A stretch of 64,000 nt of DNA from Acidobacteriota bacterium (GTDB lineage: Bacteria > Acidobacteriota > Blastocatellia > Pyrinomonadales > Pyrinomonadaceae): NCBI GenBank assembly GCA_046732535.1, contig JBKPNH010000062.1, positions 972 through 64,971 on the forward strand, given 5' to 3'. The translations under genes were made by a program, and so were the position numbers. The first letter of the stretch is position 1. Each line of letters begins with the position of its first letter. This document shows, one piece after another, positions 26,703 through 37,881 of the stretch. A model generated the notes under the pieces. That model worked only from the letters and a program-made list of their open reading frames with translations, was not told the origin of the DNA and made no database searches.

Positions 26703-26933
26703 TTACTGGGCGGCTGCGCCCTCGGTGGCCGGTTTCTTGCCATAGCGCTTGTTGAAGCGATCGACGCGTCCCGCGGTATCGACCAGCTTTTGCTTTCCGG
26801 TAAAGAAAGGATGGCAAGCCGAACAGATTTCCACGTGAAGGTCGCCCTTTTTAGTGGAGCGGGTCTTGAAAGTCTCGCCGCAAGCGCAGGTGACGTTGAT
26901 TTCTACGTATTCTGGGTGAATTCCTGGTTTCAT
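26703..26933 (-). CDS. rpmE: 50S ribosomal protein L31
   Basis: [22 protein letters not shown]...[13 protein letters not shown]. Confidence 0.95.
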   Translation of the reverse strand: MKPGIHPEYVEINVTCACGETFKTRSTKKGDLHVEICSACHPFFTGKQKLVDTAGRVDRFNKRYGKKPATEGAAAQ

Positions 26934-27005
26934 CTACTTCTTTGTCTCCCCTGGCGGCATTCGGACTGCCCTAAGCGGCGCCCGTGCCGCATTAACAAAC
27001 ACGCC

Positions 27006-27035
27006 ATGATAGGGGCCTCTATACGAAGCCGTCAA
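27006..27035 (-). promoter_or_regulatory. Sigma70-like promoter candidate TTGACG-N18-TATCAT for rpmE
   Basis: Read on the minus strand, about 70 nt upstream of the rpmE ATG. Confidence 0.3.
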
Positions 27036-27235
27036 GCTCATGCGACATACAACGTTCTATTGAGTGACGCGCATCTTTGTCCCGGCAAAACGCTCATTGT
27101 TGTTGACAACGTGGTAGTCGCAGGCACGCCCACCCGGCTCACCTTACGTTAATTCCAATCATTCTTACTTAATCATGATCGCGAGCGATAACTCGCGGAA
27201 AACTCACACTTTCACTTCAAAGGAGATTCTCGAAA

Positions 27236-28411
27236 ATGAAGTACTTATCTCGCTGGCTTCCGTGTATCGGTCTGATTTTCATACTCATCGCAGGAGCTTT
27301 AATGGCAACAGAAAAGGCGAGCGCGGCTACGGCGTTTGGCACTTATCTCGGACAGTTCAATACGGTTGCCGCGTACTCCAACGGTTCCGCCTCTTACTAT
27401 AGCGCCATCGCCAACACTGTTAACGGGTATTACACAGGCATCAAGTGGCAGTGCGTTGAATACGTTAGGCGCTATTACTACACGATTTTCAACACGCAAT
27501 TCTCGAACGGCGTTGCCGGAGACGCCGGAACGTGGTTCGGGGCCGCGTCCGGTCTTGGCATGACGCCATATACTAACGGCCAAACAACCACTGCGCCCCA
27601 AGTCGGCGACATTCTCTGCTCCACAACGCACATCGCGATTATCAAGCGCGTCGTCGGCAATAAACTTTTTACTGCCCAACAGAACGTCTATCAGGATACA
27701 AACGATCCCGATCGCCAACTAACCTTGAGCAAATCAGCGGATGGCCGGTACACCATTAGCGGCGGACCCGGGACTATTCAGGGCTGGTTGCGAAAGCCCA
27801 TCGCTGCGCCACAAGCGGGTTCATATTGGCATCCCGACGGTGCGACACTCGTGGATAGCCGCGGCACCGTCTGGCTGATCGAAAATGGCAAACGACGAGG
27901 CGTCACGAGCGATTGGGGGTTCGCCACGAACGGCCTAAGTTGGTACCGCCTTATCAAGGCTACGGATCAGGAACTGTCCTGCATTCCCATCGACTCAAAT
28001 CTGCCCGACGGTTCCGCTCGCCGATTGGTCAGAAACTCGGCCGGTACCGTCTATCTGATTACTGACAAAGGTTACAAGCGAGGCTTTGCTTCGGCCGACG
28101 TTTTCAACGGCCTTGGCTATAGCTGGAGTGAAGTCGTTCTGGTCTCTGATGCCGAAATTTCGTCTTATCCGAACGATCCTGTCGCGCCCGTTTTCACTTC
28201 ACCGGTGCCCGACGGAACGCTCGTACAGGCCTCGGGCGGCGGAACCATTTATGTGATCACTAATGGTAAGAAGCGCGGAATTACGACGTCGTCAGCGTTC
28301 CTCACGCTTGGATACTCTTGGGATCGCGTTGTGACCCTGCCGCTCGGTACGTTGAATAGCATAGGCGAGGGTTCGCCGATCGATGACGGTCAACTTCAAT
28401 GCCATCCTTAA
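27236..28411 (+). CDS. Secreted CHAP-domain peptidoglycan hydrolase/amidase with three C-terminal ~55-aa repeats
   Basis: Signal/TM N-terminus. CHAP Cys (IKWQCVEYVRRYY) and His (GDILCSTTHIAIIK). The repeat core is PDG...GT[VI][WY][LV]I..G[KY][KR]RG[VFI]...F...G[LY]SW, present three times. Confidence 0.8.
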   Translation: MKYLSRWLPCIGLIFILIAGALMATEKASAATAFGTYLGQFNTVAAYSNGSASYYSAIANTVNGYYTGIKWQCVEYVRRYYYTIFNTQFSNGVAGDAGTWFGAASGLGMTPYTNGQTTTAPQVGDILCSTTHIAIIKRVVGNKLFTAQQNVYQDTNDPDRQLTLSKSADGRYTISGGPGTIQGWLRKPIAAPQAGSYWHPDGATLVDSRGTVWLIENGKRRGVTSDWGFATNGLSWYRLIKATDQELSCIPIDSNLPDGSARRLVRNSAGTVYLITDKGYKRGFASADVFNGLGYSWSEVVLVSDAEISSYPNDPVAPVFTSPVPDGTLVQASGGGTIYVITNGKKRGITTSSAFLTLGYSWDRVVTLPLGTLNSIGEGSPIDDGQLQCHP

Positions 28412-28434
28412 GATGAACGGCTACGAAGGGCAAA

Positions 28435-28464
28435 CGGATGCGGTTGCACAAGTGACCGCATCCG
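28435..28464 (+). terminator. 10-bp perfect hairpin after the CHAP gene
   Basis: cggatgcggt pairs with accgcatccg across a 10-nt loop. The T5 run starts only 13 nt downstream, so this is a weaker terminator. Confidence 0.35.
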
Positions 28465-28521
28465 GAACCCGGGGCTGTTTTTACTGAAAAAGCGAAACCC
28501 GTGGCGCGGAGAAAGAACGCT

Positions 28522-28530
28522 TGCTATAAT
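28522..28530 (+). promoter_or_regulatory. Extended -10 promoter element TGCTATAAT upstream of nuoC
   Basis: Read directly. It lies about 130 nt upstream of the nuoC ATG, with no good -35. Confidence 0.35.
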
Positions 28531-28658
28531 CCGGCTTCGAGCTTTTCTCTCATTAGCAGTAACACTGTGTGCTTAATTCAGTGCGATTGTCATCCTTGTG
28601 TGGTTTCGGGGCGATAATCACGAAAATCGCAGTGTAAGTGTGGAAACCGTCACTGCCT

Positions 28659-29558
28659 ATGTCGGAAGACACGAAACAGCCAGGCTCTGAAGAGCCTATC
28701 CAACCGGACGGAACGGTTTCCGATTCGTCCGGCACGCCCTCACCTTCTGCTATCCCTCCAGCAGGCGAACTTGCAGGCGCTGACGCCGAGAAGGCGGCGA
28801 TGGTTGAACAGGCCAAGTCGCGCGTTGCGGCCGTGAAAGAGTCGCTGGCCGAACAACCTGCCGCCGCCGGAGCAGCCGCACCAGGTGCGCCTAAACCTCC
28901 AGTCAAGAAGAAGGAAGAAGGCCCAAAACCAACGGACGCCGCCGATCATCCGCTGGTCAAGCAACTCAAAGCACAATTCAATGAAGCGATAGGCGAGGCG
29001 TCCGAGTTTATCGGCCAACTCTCGATCAGAGTTCAACGCGAACGCATCTTCGAGGTTTGCGATTTTCTCAAACGAGACGAAAAAACGCCGTTCAACTACC
29101 TGTCCGACCTGACGTGCGTTCACTATCCCGATCGCGGCGACGCGCCTTTTGAAGTCGTCTACAACCTGTTTTCGATTCCGGCTAACGAGCGCGTTCGTTT
29201 GAAAGTCAGCACCAGCGATGACGCCGCCGTCGATAGTGTCACCGGCGTGTGGCCGTCGGCGAACTGGCTCGAACGCGAAGTCTTCGACCTGTTTGGGATT
29301 CGTTTCGCTAATCATCCGGATCTGCGGCGACTCCTGTTGCCGCCCGATTGGGAAGGGCATCCGCTGCGAAAAGACTACCCGCTCGAATTCGTCGAGAACG
29401 CGTGGACGGAGAGACACCTGCCGGAAATGAGCGACGTGCAGAAGGAGCAGTTGGAACAGCGGCGAGCTTATGGTTTGGAGATTCTGTCAGTGCCGCAGGA
29501 GCGGATGATGCGCGACATCTTCCGCGGCGGCAAAGAAGTAATGCCGAAAGATAAATGA
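28659..29558 (+). CDS. nuoC: NADH-quinone oxidoreductase subunit C with a ~100-aa low-complexity N-terminal extension
   Basis: Core FNYLSDLTCVHYPD...ANWLEREVFDLFGIRFANHPDLRRLL. The N-terminal Pro/Ala/Glu-rich segment precedes the core. ATG at 28659 is preferred over GTG at 28638. Confidence 0.9.
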   Translation: MSEDTKQPGSEEPIQPDGTVSDSSGTPSPSAIPPAGELAGADAEKAAMVEQAKSRVAAVKESLAEQPAAAGAAAPGAPKPPVKKKEEGPKPTDAADHPLVKQLKAQFNEAIGEASEFIGQLSIRVQRERIFEVCDFLKRDEKTPFNYLSDLTCVHYPDRGDAPFEVVYNLFSIPANERVRLKVSTSDDAAVDSVTGVWPSANWLEREVFDLFGIRFANHPDLRRLLLPPDWEGHPLRKDYPLEFVENAWTERHLPEMSDVQKEQLEQRRAYGLEILSVPQERMMRDIFRGGKEVMPKDK

Positions 29559-29806
29559 CGCCGAAAGAGATCGCCGCCCATTACGACGCCAAAGTTTTCG
29601 ATTCGCCCGATGCGGCGACAGGCGCTGGATTTGTCCTTGGTGAAACTGCGAAGCCGCGAAACGTTTGGAACAAGGCGAGCGCCGCGACTGCGATCGTGCT
29701 GAAGTTAATCGAGAAAAGGAAAAGCGGGGAAGCGGAAGAGATTGGTTTGGTTATAGAGCCGTGGCGAGTAACTGGGTGTTATAAAACCACGAATCACACG
29801 GATTAA
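29555..29806 (+). CDS. Small hypothetical protein (83 aa) wedged between nuoC and nuoD
   Basis: Its ATG overlaps the nuoC TGA (ATGA) and it ends 5 nt before nuoD. No family recognised. Confidence 0.4.
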   Translation: MTPKEIAAHYDAKVFDSPDAATGAGFVLGETAKPRNVWNKASAATAIVLKLIEKRKSGEAEEIGLVIEPWRVTGCYKTTNHTD

Positions 29807-29811
29807 TTTCG

Positions 29812-30945
29812 ATGCATCAGGTAGAAATCGCGACAACTCAAGAGACGCTGCTCGACAGCCCCGAAATGGTGCTGAACATGGGGCCGCAACACCCGTCAAC
29901 GCACGGCGTGTTGCGCGTCGTCCTTCGGCTCGACGGCGAAACTGTTATCGATCTCGATTGCGACATCGGCTATCTCCATCGCGGCATGGAGAAGATCGCC
30001 GAAAACCGCATGTACACGATGATCGCCCCTTACTGGGACCGTCTCGACTACATCGCCGCGGTTTCAAACGGTCTCGTCTGGGTGGAAACTGTCGAACAGA
30101 TGATGGGTCTCGACGTCCCGCCACGCGCCCATTACATCCGCACCATCCTGACGGAGTTCAACCGTATCGCTTCGCACCTGCTGTGGCTCGCGACGCACGC
30201 GCTCGATATCGGCGCCGTTACCGTCCTGCTGTGGGCGCTGCGCGAACGCGAAGAGATTCTGAAGATCTTCGAACGTCAATTCGGTGCGCGATTGACGTGT
30301 CACGCGTGGCGCGTCGGCGGCATGCCGAACGATGCCTACGACGATTTCTATAAAGACTGCAAACAGTTCGTCAACAACTTCCCGAAGCGTCTCGACGAGT
30401 ACGAGACAGTGCTTTCCGAGAACCGCATCTGGTTGAGCCGCACTGTCGGGATCGGCGTCATCTCCGCTGAAGACGCAATCGCGATTGGCCTGTCAGGCCC
30501 GGCGCTGCGCGGCTCCGGTGTTGCGTGGGACGTCCGAAAGTCACGCCCATACGCGGCCTACGCAGACATGGATTTCGACATACCAGTCGGCGAGAACGGA
30601 GACACGTACGATCGCTACCTGGTGCGACTCGAGGAGATGCGGCAGTCGCGGCGCATCATCGATCAAGCGCTGGAGAACCTTCCCGATGGTCCAGTGAATG
30701 CGAAGCTGCCGAAGATCGTGAAGCCGCCCGTTGGTGATTACTATCACTCGATCGAGGCGCCAAAAGGCGAGATCGGCTGTTATATCGTCTCCGACGGCAC
30801 CGCCCAGCCGTGGCGCGTCCGGGTCCGGCCGCCGTCATTCATCAATCTCCAGGCGCTGAGACAAATGTGCATCGGACATCTCGTCGCCGACGTGGTCGCA
30901 ATCATCGGAACGCTCGACATTGTTTTAGGAGAGATCGATCGCTGA
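29812..30945 (+). CDS. nuoD: NADH-quinone oxidoreductase subunit D
   Basis: [21 protein letters not shown]...YLHRGMEK... Confidence 0.95.
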   Translation: MHQVEIATTQETLLDSPEMVLNMGPQHPSTHGVLRVVLRLDGETVIDLDCDIGYLHRGMEKIAENRMYTMIAPYWDRLDYIAAVSNGLVWVETVEQMMGLDVPPRAHYIRTILTEFNRIASHLLWLATHALDIGAVTVLLWALREREEILKIFERQFGARLTCHAWRVGGMPNDAYDDFYKDCKQFVNNFPKRLDEYETVLSENRIWLSRTVGIGVISAEDAIAIGLSGPALRGSGVAWDVRKSRPYAAYADMDFDIPVGENGDTYDRYLVRLEEMRQSRRIIDQALENLPDGPVNAKLPKIVKPPVGDYYHSIEAPKGEIGCYIVSDGTAQPWRVRVRPPSFINLQALRQMCIGHLVADVVAIIGTLDIVLGEIDR

Positions 30946-30952
30946 TATCCAC

Positions 30953-32248
30953 ATGCTGCTTCTGTCGCCCGTAAACGTACTCAACGATCTTTTGCTGAAG
31001 ATCGGCTTTAGCGCTGAAACGATCAACTTTTTCGTCTGGCCGCTAATCCAGATCGGCCTGGTCGTCACTCTGGTCGCGCTCTGGGTCGCGTACGCTACGT
31101 ACCTCGAGCGAAAGATTTCCGCGTTCATTCAGGCGCGGCTCGGGCCGATGCGCGTTGGTCCGTGGGGACTGCTGCAACCGATTGCGGATGGTCTCAAGCT
31201 GTTAACTAAAGAAGACTTTATCCCTGAAAAAGCCGACCGCTGGATCTTCTTCTTCGCGCCTTACATAGCCGTCGCTTCGGCGTTCATCGTCTTCTCCGTG
31301 ATCCCGTTTGGGCCGGACTGGGCGGTGATTGCCGACGTCAATATCGGACTGTTGCTGGTCTTAGCGGTATCGAGTGTCGGCGTGTTGGCGTTGATTCTCG
31401 CGGGTTGGTCTTCGAACTCGAAATACGCGCTACTGGGCGGGCTGCGATCGAGCGCGCAGATGGTGTCGTACGAAGTGGCGATGGGACTTTCGCTGATCGG
31501 CGCGCTCATGTTTGCGCGGACGCTTTCGCTTTCGGGGATCGTGGCCGCTCAGGGATCGGATTCGATTTGGTACATACTTTATCAGCCGGCGGGGTTTCTC
31601 ATCTTTCTCGTCAGCGGCATCGCCGAGAACAATCGTGCGCCGTTTGATCTGCCGGAAGCCGAGTCGGAACTGGTCGCCGGTTTTCACACTGAATACTCCG
31701 GCATGCGTTGGTCGCTCTTCTTCATGGCTGAGTATGCGGCGATGGTCGTGGTTACTGCCGTGGCGACAACGGTCTATCTCGGCGGCTGGTATTTCCCATT
31801 TGTTAATCGACTCGCGGGTGTGAATTACAATCTGTACGTCGTGGCTTGTGTGCTGGTCTTTTTGGTCAAGGCTTCGATCCTCCTTTACGTCTATTTTTGG
31901 CTGCGCTGGACGTTGCCGCGTTTCCGTTACGATCAGTTAATGGACATCGGTTGGAAGTGGCTGATCCCGTCGGCGCTGATCAACATTGTGCTGTCCGCAT
32001 TTGCGGTCTTTCTCGTTCAGGCTTTAAATGGTTGGCGAGGAATTAGAACGATCGAAGGGCTCGATAAGGGGCTGAACCTGACCGCGACGGGCAAGGGCGT
32101 GATGATCGCTATCGGCGTGCTCGGTGTTTTCATAATGGGCGTGTTGCTGGCGCGCATCAACTGGCGCTCGCGTGATTTCAATTTGAAGACGCAGCGCCGC
32201 AATATCAATCTGGTCAACGTGCCGAAAGGCAAGCCGGCGCGGGCGTGA
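30953..32248 (+). CDS. nuoH: NADH-quinone oxidoreductase subunit H (with a C-terminal extension)
   Basis: RLGPMRVGPWGLLQPIADGLKLLTKED...LPEAESELVAGFHTEYSGM. About 70 extra C-terminal aa include one more hydrophobic helix. Confidence 0.93.
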   Translation: MLLLSPVNVLNDLLLKIGFSAETINFFVWPLIQIGLVVTLVALWVAYATYLERKISAFIQARLGPMRVGPWGLLQPIADGLKLLTKEDFIPEKADRWIFFFAPYIAVASAFIVFSVIPFGPDWAVIADVNIGLLLVLAVSSVGVLALILAGWSSNSKYALLGGLRSSAQMVSYEVAMGLSLIGALMFARTLSLSGIVAAQGSDSIWYILYQPAGFLIFLVSGIAENNRAPFDLPEAESELVAGFHTEYSGMRWSLFFMAEYAAMVVVTAVATTVYLGGWYFPFVNRLAGVNYNLYVVACVLVFLVKASILLYVYFWLRWTLPRFRYDQLMDIGWKWLIPSALINIVLSAFAVFLVQALNGWRGIRTIEGLDKGLNLTATGKGVMIAIGVLGVFIMGVLLARINWRSRDFNLKTQRRNINLVNVPKGKPARA

Positions 32249-32275
32249 AATTCGTCATTATTAAAGAGGTACCTA

Positions 32276-32809
32276 ATGCCGTTAGTTAAAACCCCAAAAC
32301 CGACATTCGCGCAGAAGCTCAAGCGTTTCTTCATGATCGATCTGCTCAAGGGAATGGGGTTGACGTTGAAGTACAACCTCGGAGCGATCACCGACAAAGA
32401 CGCGGTTGCGGGCAAGGGGATCTACACCGAGCAATACCCGAAAGTGCGTCCTGACGTGGCGCCGCGATTTCATGGAGCACCACGTTTGAACATGGATCCC
32501 GAGACGCACGATACGCTCTGCATCGCCTGCAACCTCTGCGCGATCGCGTGTCCCGAAGACTGCATCGACGTGCTCGCGATGGACGTCGAGATCGTCGTCG
32601 CCGGCAAGCCGCGGCGCAAGAAAGTGCTCGACGAGTTCATCTTCGATACCTCGCGCTGCATGTTCTGCGCGCTCTGCCAGGAGGCGTGTCCGACGTCGTG
32701 TTTGGAGTTGACGCAGGATTTCGAGTTGGCCACCTACTCTCGCGCCGGCTTCGTCTGGAATCGCGAGATGTTGGAGCAAGGACGCGAGACCGTTAAATAC
32801 ACCAGTTAA
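32276..32809 (+). CDS. nuoI: NADH-quinone oxidoreductase subunit I
   Basis: Two 4Fe-4S motifs, CIACNLCAIACP and CMFCALCQEACP. Confidence 0.93.
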   Translation: MPLVKTPKPTFAQKLKRFFMIDLLKGMGLTLKYNLGAITDKDAVAGKGIYTEQYPKVRPDVAPRFHGAPRLNMDPETHDTLCIACNLCAIACPEDCIDVLAMDVEIVVAGKPRRKKVLDEFIFDTSRCMFCALCQEACPTSCLELTQDFELATYSRAGFVWNREMLEQGRETVKYTS

Positions 32810-32821
32810 TAAACTTCAATA

Positions 32822-33460
32822 ATGACTCTCTCCGGCTACGAAGCCCTCTTCTTCTGGATCTTCGCGCTGGCCGCGATCTTCGCGGGGTTGTTGACCGTGA
32901 TGGCGCGCAATGCGGTCCATAGTGCGCTATTTCTGATCTCGTCGCTGGTGTCGGTGGCCGCGCTGTTCGTGTTGGCGGGCGCGGAGTTCATCGCCGGCGT
33001 GCAGATCCTGGTCTATGTCGGCGGCGTGATGGTCCTGTTTCTGTTTGTGATCATGCTCGTCAACGTCGGCGCGGAAGAGAAAGGCCGCGACGAGATCTTC
33101 AACAAGCAGACGCAGGTCACCGCCAGTCTGATCTTCTGTTTCCTGTTAGTCGGCGGAGTGCTCTACGCAGTCAACAAGGGTTACGCGGGGTTACAAAAGA
33201 ATAACCCGACTCCTACGGAGCAACTAGCCCAACAGCAGGCTGCGAGAGAAGAGTCGCACCCGGTCTCCGCAACCCGAAGCAGCCGCATAACGGATGACAC
33301 TGAACGCGTCGGCGCCAGCCTTTATCGATACGCCTCGTTGCCTTTCGAAATCGCGAGCGTGTTGCTGCTGGTTGCCATCATCGGATCAGTGATGCTGGCG
33401 CGCACCTTGAAGCAGGAGGCTGCGGCTGACGACCTCGATCCCGACGAGCCAAGGTCATAG
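32822..33460 (+). CDS. nuoJ: NADH-quinone oxidoreductase subunit J
   Basis: Position in the operon, TM pattern, and [23 protein letters not shown]. Confidence 0.88.
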   Translation: MTLSGYEALFFWIFALAAIFAGLLTVMARNAVHSALFLISSLVSVAALFVLAGAEFIAGVQILVYVGGVMVLFLFVIMLVNVGAEEKGRDEIFNKQTQVTASLIFCFLLVGGVLYAVNKGYAGLQKNNPTPTEQLAQQQAAREESHPVSATRSSRITDDTERVGASLYRYASLPFEIASVLLLVAIIGSVMLARTLKQEAAADDLDPDEPRS

Positions 33461-33465
33461 TAAAC

Positions 33466-33870
33466 ATGCTCAACTCTATCATCCCAACACTGGCGTTGTT
33501 TCAGGCGGTCGAAGGCGGACGCTGGGCGCAAACGTGGCACGCCGCGTCGCATCCCGATCTGTCGAAATTTCTCGTGATCGGTGCGCTGCTCTTCATCATC
33601 GGGGTTGCCGGAGTTTTGACGCGACGGAACATCATCGTGATCTTCATGTCCATCGAGTTGATACTGAACGCCGCGAACCTCAACTTCATCGCCTTCTCGC
33701 GCTACCTGGAGACGACCGGCAGCGTCAACGCGCTTGCTGGTCAGATCTTTGCAGTGTTCGTGATCGTCGTCGCGGCCGCGGAAGCGGCGATTGGTCTGGG
33801 AATCGTGATCGCGCTCTACCGGAACAAGGAAACGATCTGGGTTGACGAAATCGACTTGTTGAAGTGGTGA
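33466..33870 (+). CDS. nuoK: NADH-quinone oxidoreductase subunit K (about 30-aa N-terminal extension if the ATG at 33466 is used)
   Basis: [27 protein letters not shown]. Confidence 0.88.
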   Translation: MLNSIIPTLALFQAVEGGRWAQTWHAASHPDLSKFLVIGALLFIIGVAGVLTRRNIIVIFMSIELILNAANLNFIAFSRYLETTGSVNALAGQIFAVFVIVVAAAEAAIGLGIVIALYRNKETIWVDEIDLLKW

Positions 33871-33871
33871 A

Positions 33872-36172
33872 ATGTACAAATACATTTGGCTAGTTCCCCT
33901 GCTACCACTGATCGGCGCGGCAATTAACGGCCTGCTGGGCCGCAAACTGCGCTTTTCGGAAAGGCTGATCGGCGGCATCGCTGTCGGATCGGTGGCGCTT
34001 GCTTTCCTCATCAGCGTTGCGGCTGTTTTTTCTTATGGAACCGGACACTGGCCCACGCCTTACTTAACAAGCCAGGACGGATTTAGTTTTGACTGGATTC
34101 CCGGTGGCGCCGTGAGCGTCAATCAAGGTTCCGAAGCGCGGGCGGGGGCGAAGCTTCACGACGAACAGGAACGACTGCATGCGATGACGCCGGAAGAGCG
34201 GGCCGAAGGTGGCTCGCGCTTCATCGCGACGAGTGAATCACCGCGTTACGTGCAGCTCGATATCAAGTGGAGCTATCAACTCGATCCGCTGTCGGCGATC
34301 TTCATGCTGATCGTCACCGGCGTCGGCTTGTGCATCTTCATCTTCGCCACCGGATACATGCACGGCGAGACCGGCTTCTACCGGTTCTTCGCGTACATGG
34401 GCCTGTTCATGTTCATGATGCTGGTGCTCGTGATGGGCTCGAACTTCCTGATGATGTTTGTCGGTTGGGAAGGCGTGGGTCTCTGTTCTTACCTGCTCAT
34501 CGGTTACTACTTCGATCGCCAGGAAGCCGCAAACGCGTCGCGCAAGGCGTTTATCACGAACCGCATCGGCGACTTCGGATTCGCGCTCGCGATCTTCGGC
34601 GTCATCGCCACGTTCGGCAGCCCCCAGTACGTCGACGTTTTCAACCAGGCGAAAGGCTACCCGGTGGAAACGCTCGGTCACTGGGGCCTCATGTCGTGGA
34701 TCGCGCTCGGACTGTTCGTCGGCGCCTGCGGTAAGTCGGCCCAACTTCCGCTGCACGTCTGGCTGCCCGATGCGATGGCGGGTCCGACACCCGTCTCGGC
34801 GTTGATTCACGCGGCGACGATGGTGACTGCCGGTCTCTACATGGTGACGCGAACGAACGTCATCTTCCAGCACTCGCAAACGATGCTGCTCGTCGTCGCA
34901 CTCGTCGGCACAGCGACCGCAATCTTCGCGGCGATCATTGGCATCACTCAAAACGATATCAAGAAGGTGCTGGCGTATTCGACCGTTTCGCAGCTCGGTT
35001 TCATGTTCATGGCGTGCGGCGTCGGCGCCTTCGCGATCGCCATCTTTCACGTGATGACGCACGCGTTCTTCAAAGCGCTGATGTTCCTCGGCGCGGGCAG
35101 CGTGATTCACGGTATGCACCACGAGCAGGACATGCGACGCATGGGCGGGTTGAAGAAGTACATGCCCTACACCTATTTGACGTTTCTTGCCGGTTGGTTG
35201 GCGATCTGCGGCATCATTCCGTTCAGCGGCTTCTGGTCCAAAGACGAGATCCTCTGGCAGGCCGCATCGACGACTCAGATCCCGCTCGGTTGGCTGGTGT
35301 GGCTGGTCGGCACGATCGCCGCGACGTGTACGGCGTTCTACATGACGCGCCTGATGGCGATGACCTTCTGGGGCAAGGAAAGGTTCCACGAAAAGCCGGA
35401 GACGCATGACATTCACGGCGGTGGCCATGAACATGCCGCGCATGTGCCGCACGAATCACCACCGTCGATGTGGGTGCCGTTGGTTGTACTGGCGGTGTTG
35501 GCGACGATCGGTGGATTGGTTGGTGTTGGCCCGGCATTTAAACCTATCACTGGCGCCGAGCACGCGGGTGGAAAATTGAATATCGTCAATTGGTTAAATC
35601 CAATCATTTGGAATCCAGAGACGCATGAATTCAAGGTTCCCGAAGCAGGTGAACACGGATCCGTGGTCGAACATGCCGCGCCCGCAGAGCACGATCACTT
35701 ATTAAAGGAATGGCTGTACATAATCATCTCGCTCGTGGCTGCCGGAATCGGCATCGGGTTGGGCATGCTCTTCTACGTCAAAAGTCCTGCTTTGCCGGAC
35801 ATCTGGGCGCGCCGCCTGCGGCCCTTGTATCAGGCGAGTTACAACAAGTTCTGGGTCGACGAATTTTACGGCTGGGCCGTCACGCGGCGCACGATGGATG
35901 CCGCGCGCGGTGTTTATGCTTTCGATTCGCGCCTTGTTGACGGCATCGTCAACGGCCTCGCGACGTTGAGCCGCGGTGTCAGCCGGATTGTCGGCGGCGT
36001 CGATAAATACCTCGTCGACGGAATCGTCAATAGCATCGCCGCCTTCATCAAGCGTTTGATGTCGCCGTTGTTCCGCGCGGCGCAGACGGGATTCACGCAA
36101 AACTACGCGCTCGTGATGGTGTTGGGACTAATGATAGCGGTAGTCATTTTCTTTGTGCGCGATATTTTCTGA
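33872..36172 (+). CDS. nuoL: NADH-quinone oxidoreductase subunit L (long form, 766 aa)
   Basis: Antiporter-like core WEGVGLCSYLLIGYY...KSAQLPLHVWLPDAMAGPTPVSALIHAATMVTAG. Confidence 0.93.
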   Translation: MYKYIWLVPLLPLIGAAINGLLGRKLRFSERLIGGIAVGSVALAFLISVAAVFSYGTGHWPTPYLTSQDGFSFDWIPGGAVSVNQGSEARAGAKLHDEQERLHAMTPEERAEGGSRFIATSESPRYVQLDIKWSYQLDPLSAIFMLIVTGVGLCIFIFATGYMHGETGFYRFFAYMGLFMFMMLVLVMGSNFLMMFVGWEGVGLCSYLLIGYYFDRQEAANASRKAFITNRIGDFGFALAIFGVIATFGSPQYVDVFNQAKGYPVETLGHWGLMSWIALGLFVGACGKSAQLPLHVWLPDAMAGPTPVSALIHAATMVTAGLYMVTRTNVIFQHSQTMLLVVALVGTATAIFAAIIGITQNDIKKVLAYSTVSQLGFMFMACGVGAFAIAIFHVMTHAFFKALMFLGAGSVIHGMHHEQDMRRMGGLKKYMPYTYLTFLAGWLAICGIIPFSGFWSKDEILWQAASTTQIPLGWLVWLVGTIAATCTAFYMTRLMAMTFWGKERFHEKPETHDIHGGGHEHAAHVPHESPPSMWVPLVVLAVLATIGGLVGVGPAFKPITGAEHAGGKLNIVNWLNPIIWNPETHEFKVPEAGEHGSVVEHAAPAEHDHLLKEWLYIIISLVAAGIGIGLGMLFYVKSPALPDIWARRLRPLYQASYNKFWVDEFYGWAVTRRTMDAARGVYAFDSRLVDGIVNGLATLSRGVSRIVGGVDKYLVDGIVNSIAAFIKRLMSPLFRAAQTGFTQNYALVMVLGLMIAVVIFFVRDIF

Positions 36173-36187
36173 TAACACGGATCTAAT

Positions 36188-37876
<1,689 letters not shown>

Positions 37877-37881
37877 AAGAG

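Noticed and set aside
34238-35452. 404-aa ORF antisense to nuoL
   Set aside because: It lies entirely inside the strongly recognisable nuoL CDS. Its Arg/His/Asp-rich composition is typical of stop-free antisense frames in GC-rich DNA. The same reasoning applies to 35223..35537, 35702..36100, 36722..37138, 37448..37897, 37888..38550 and 38617..39189, which are antisense to nuoL/M/N.
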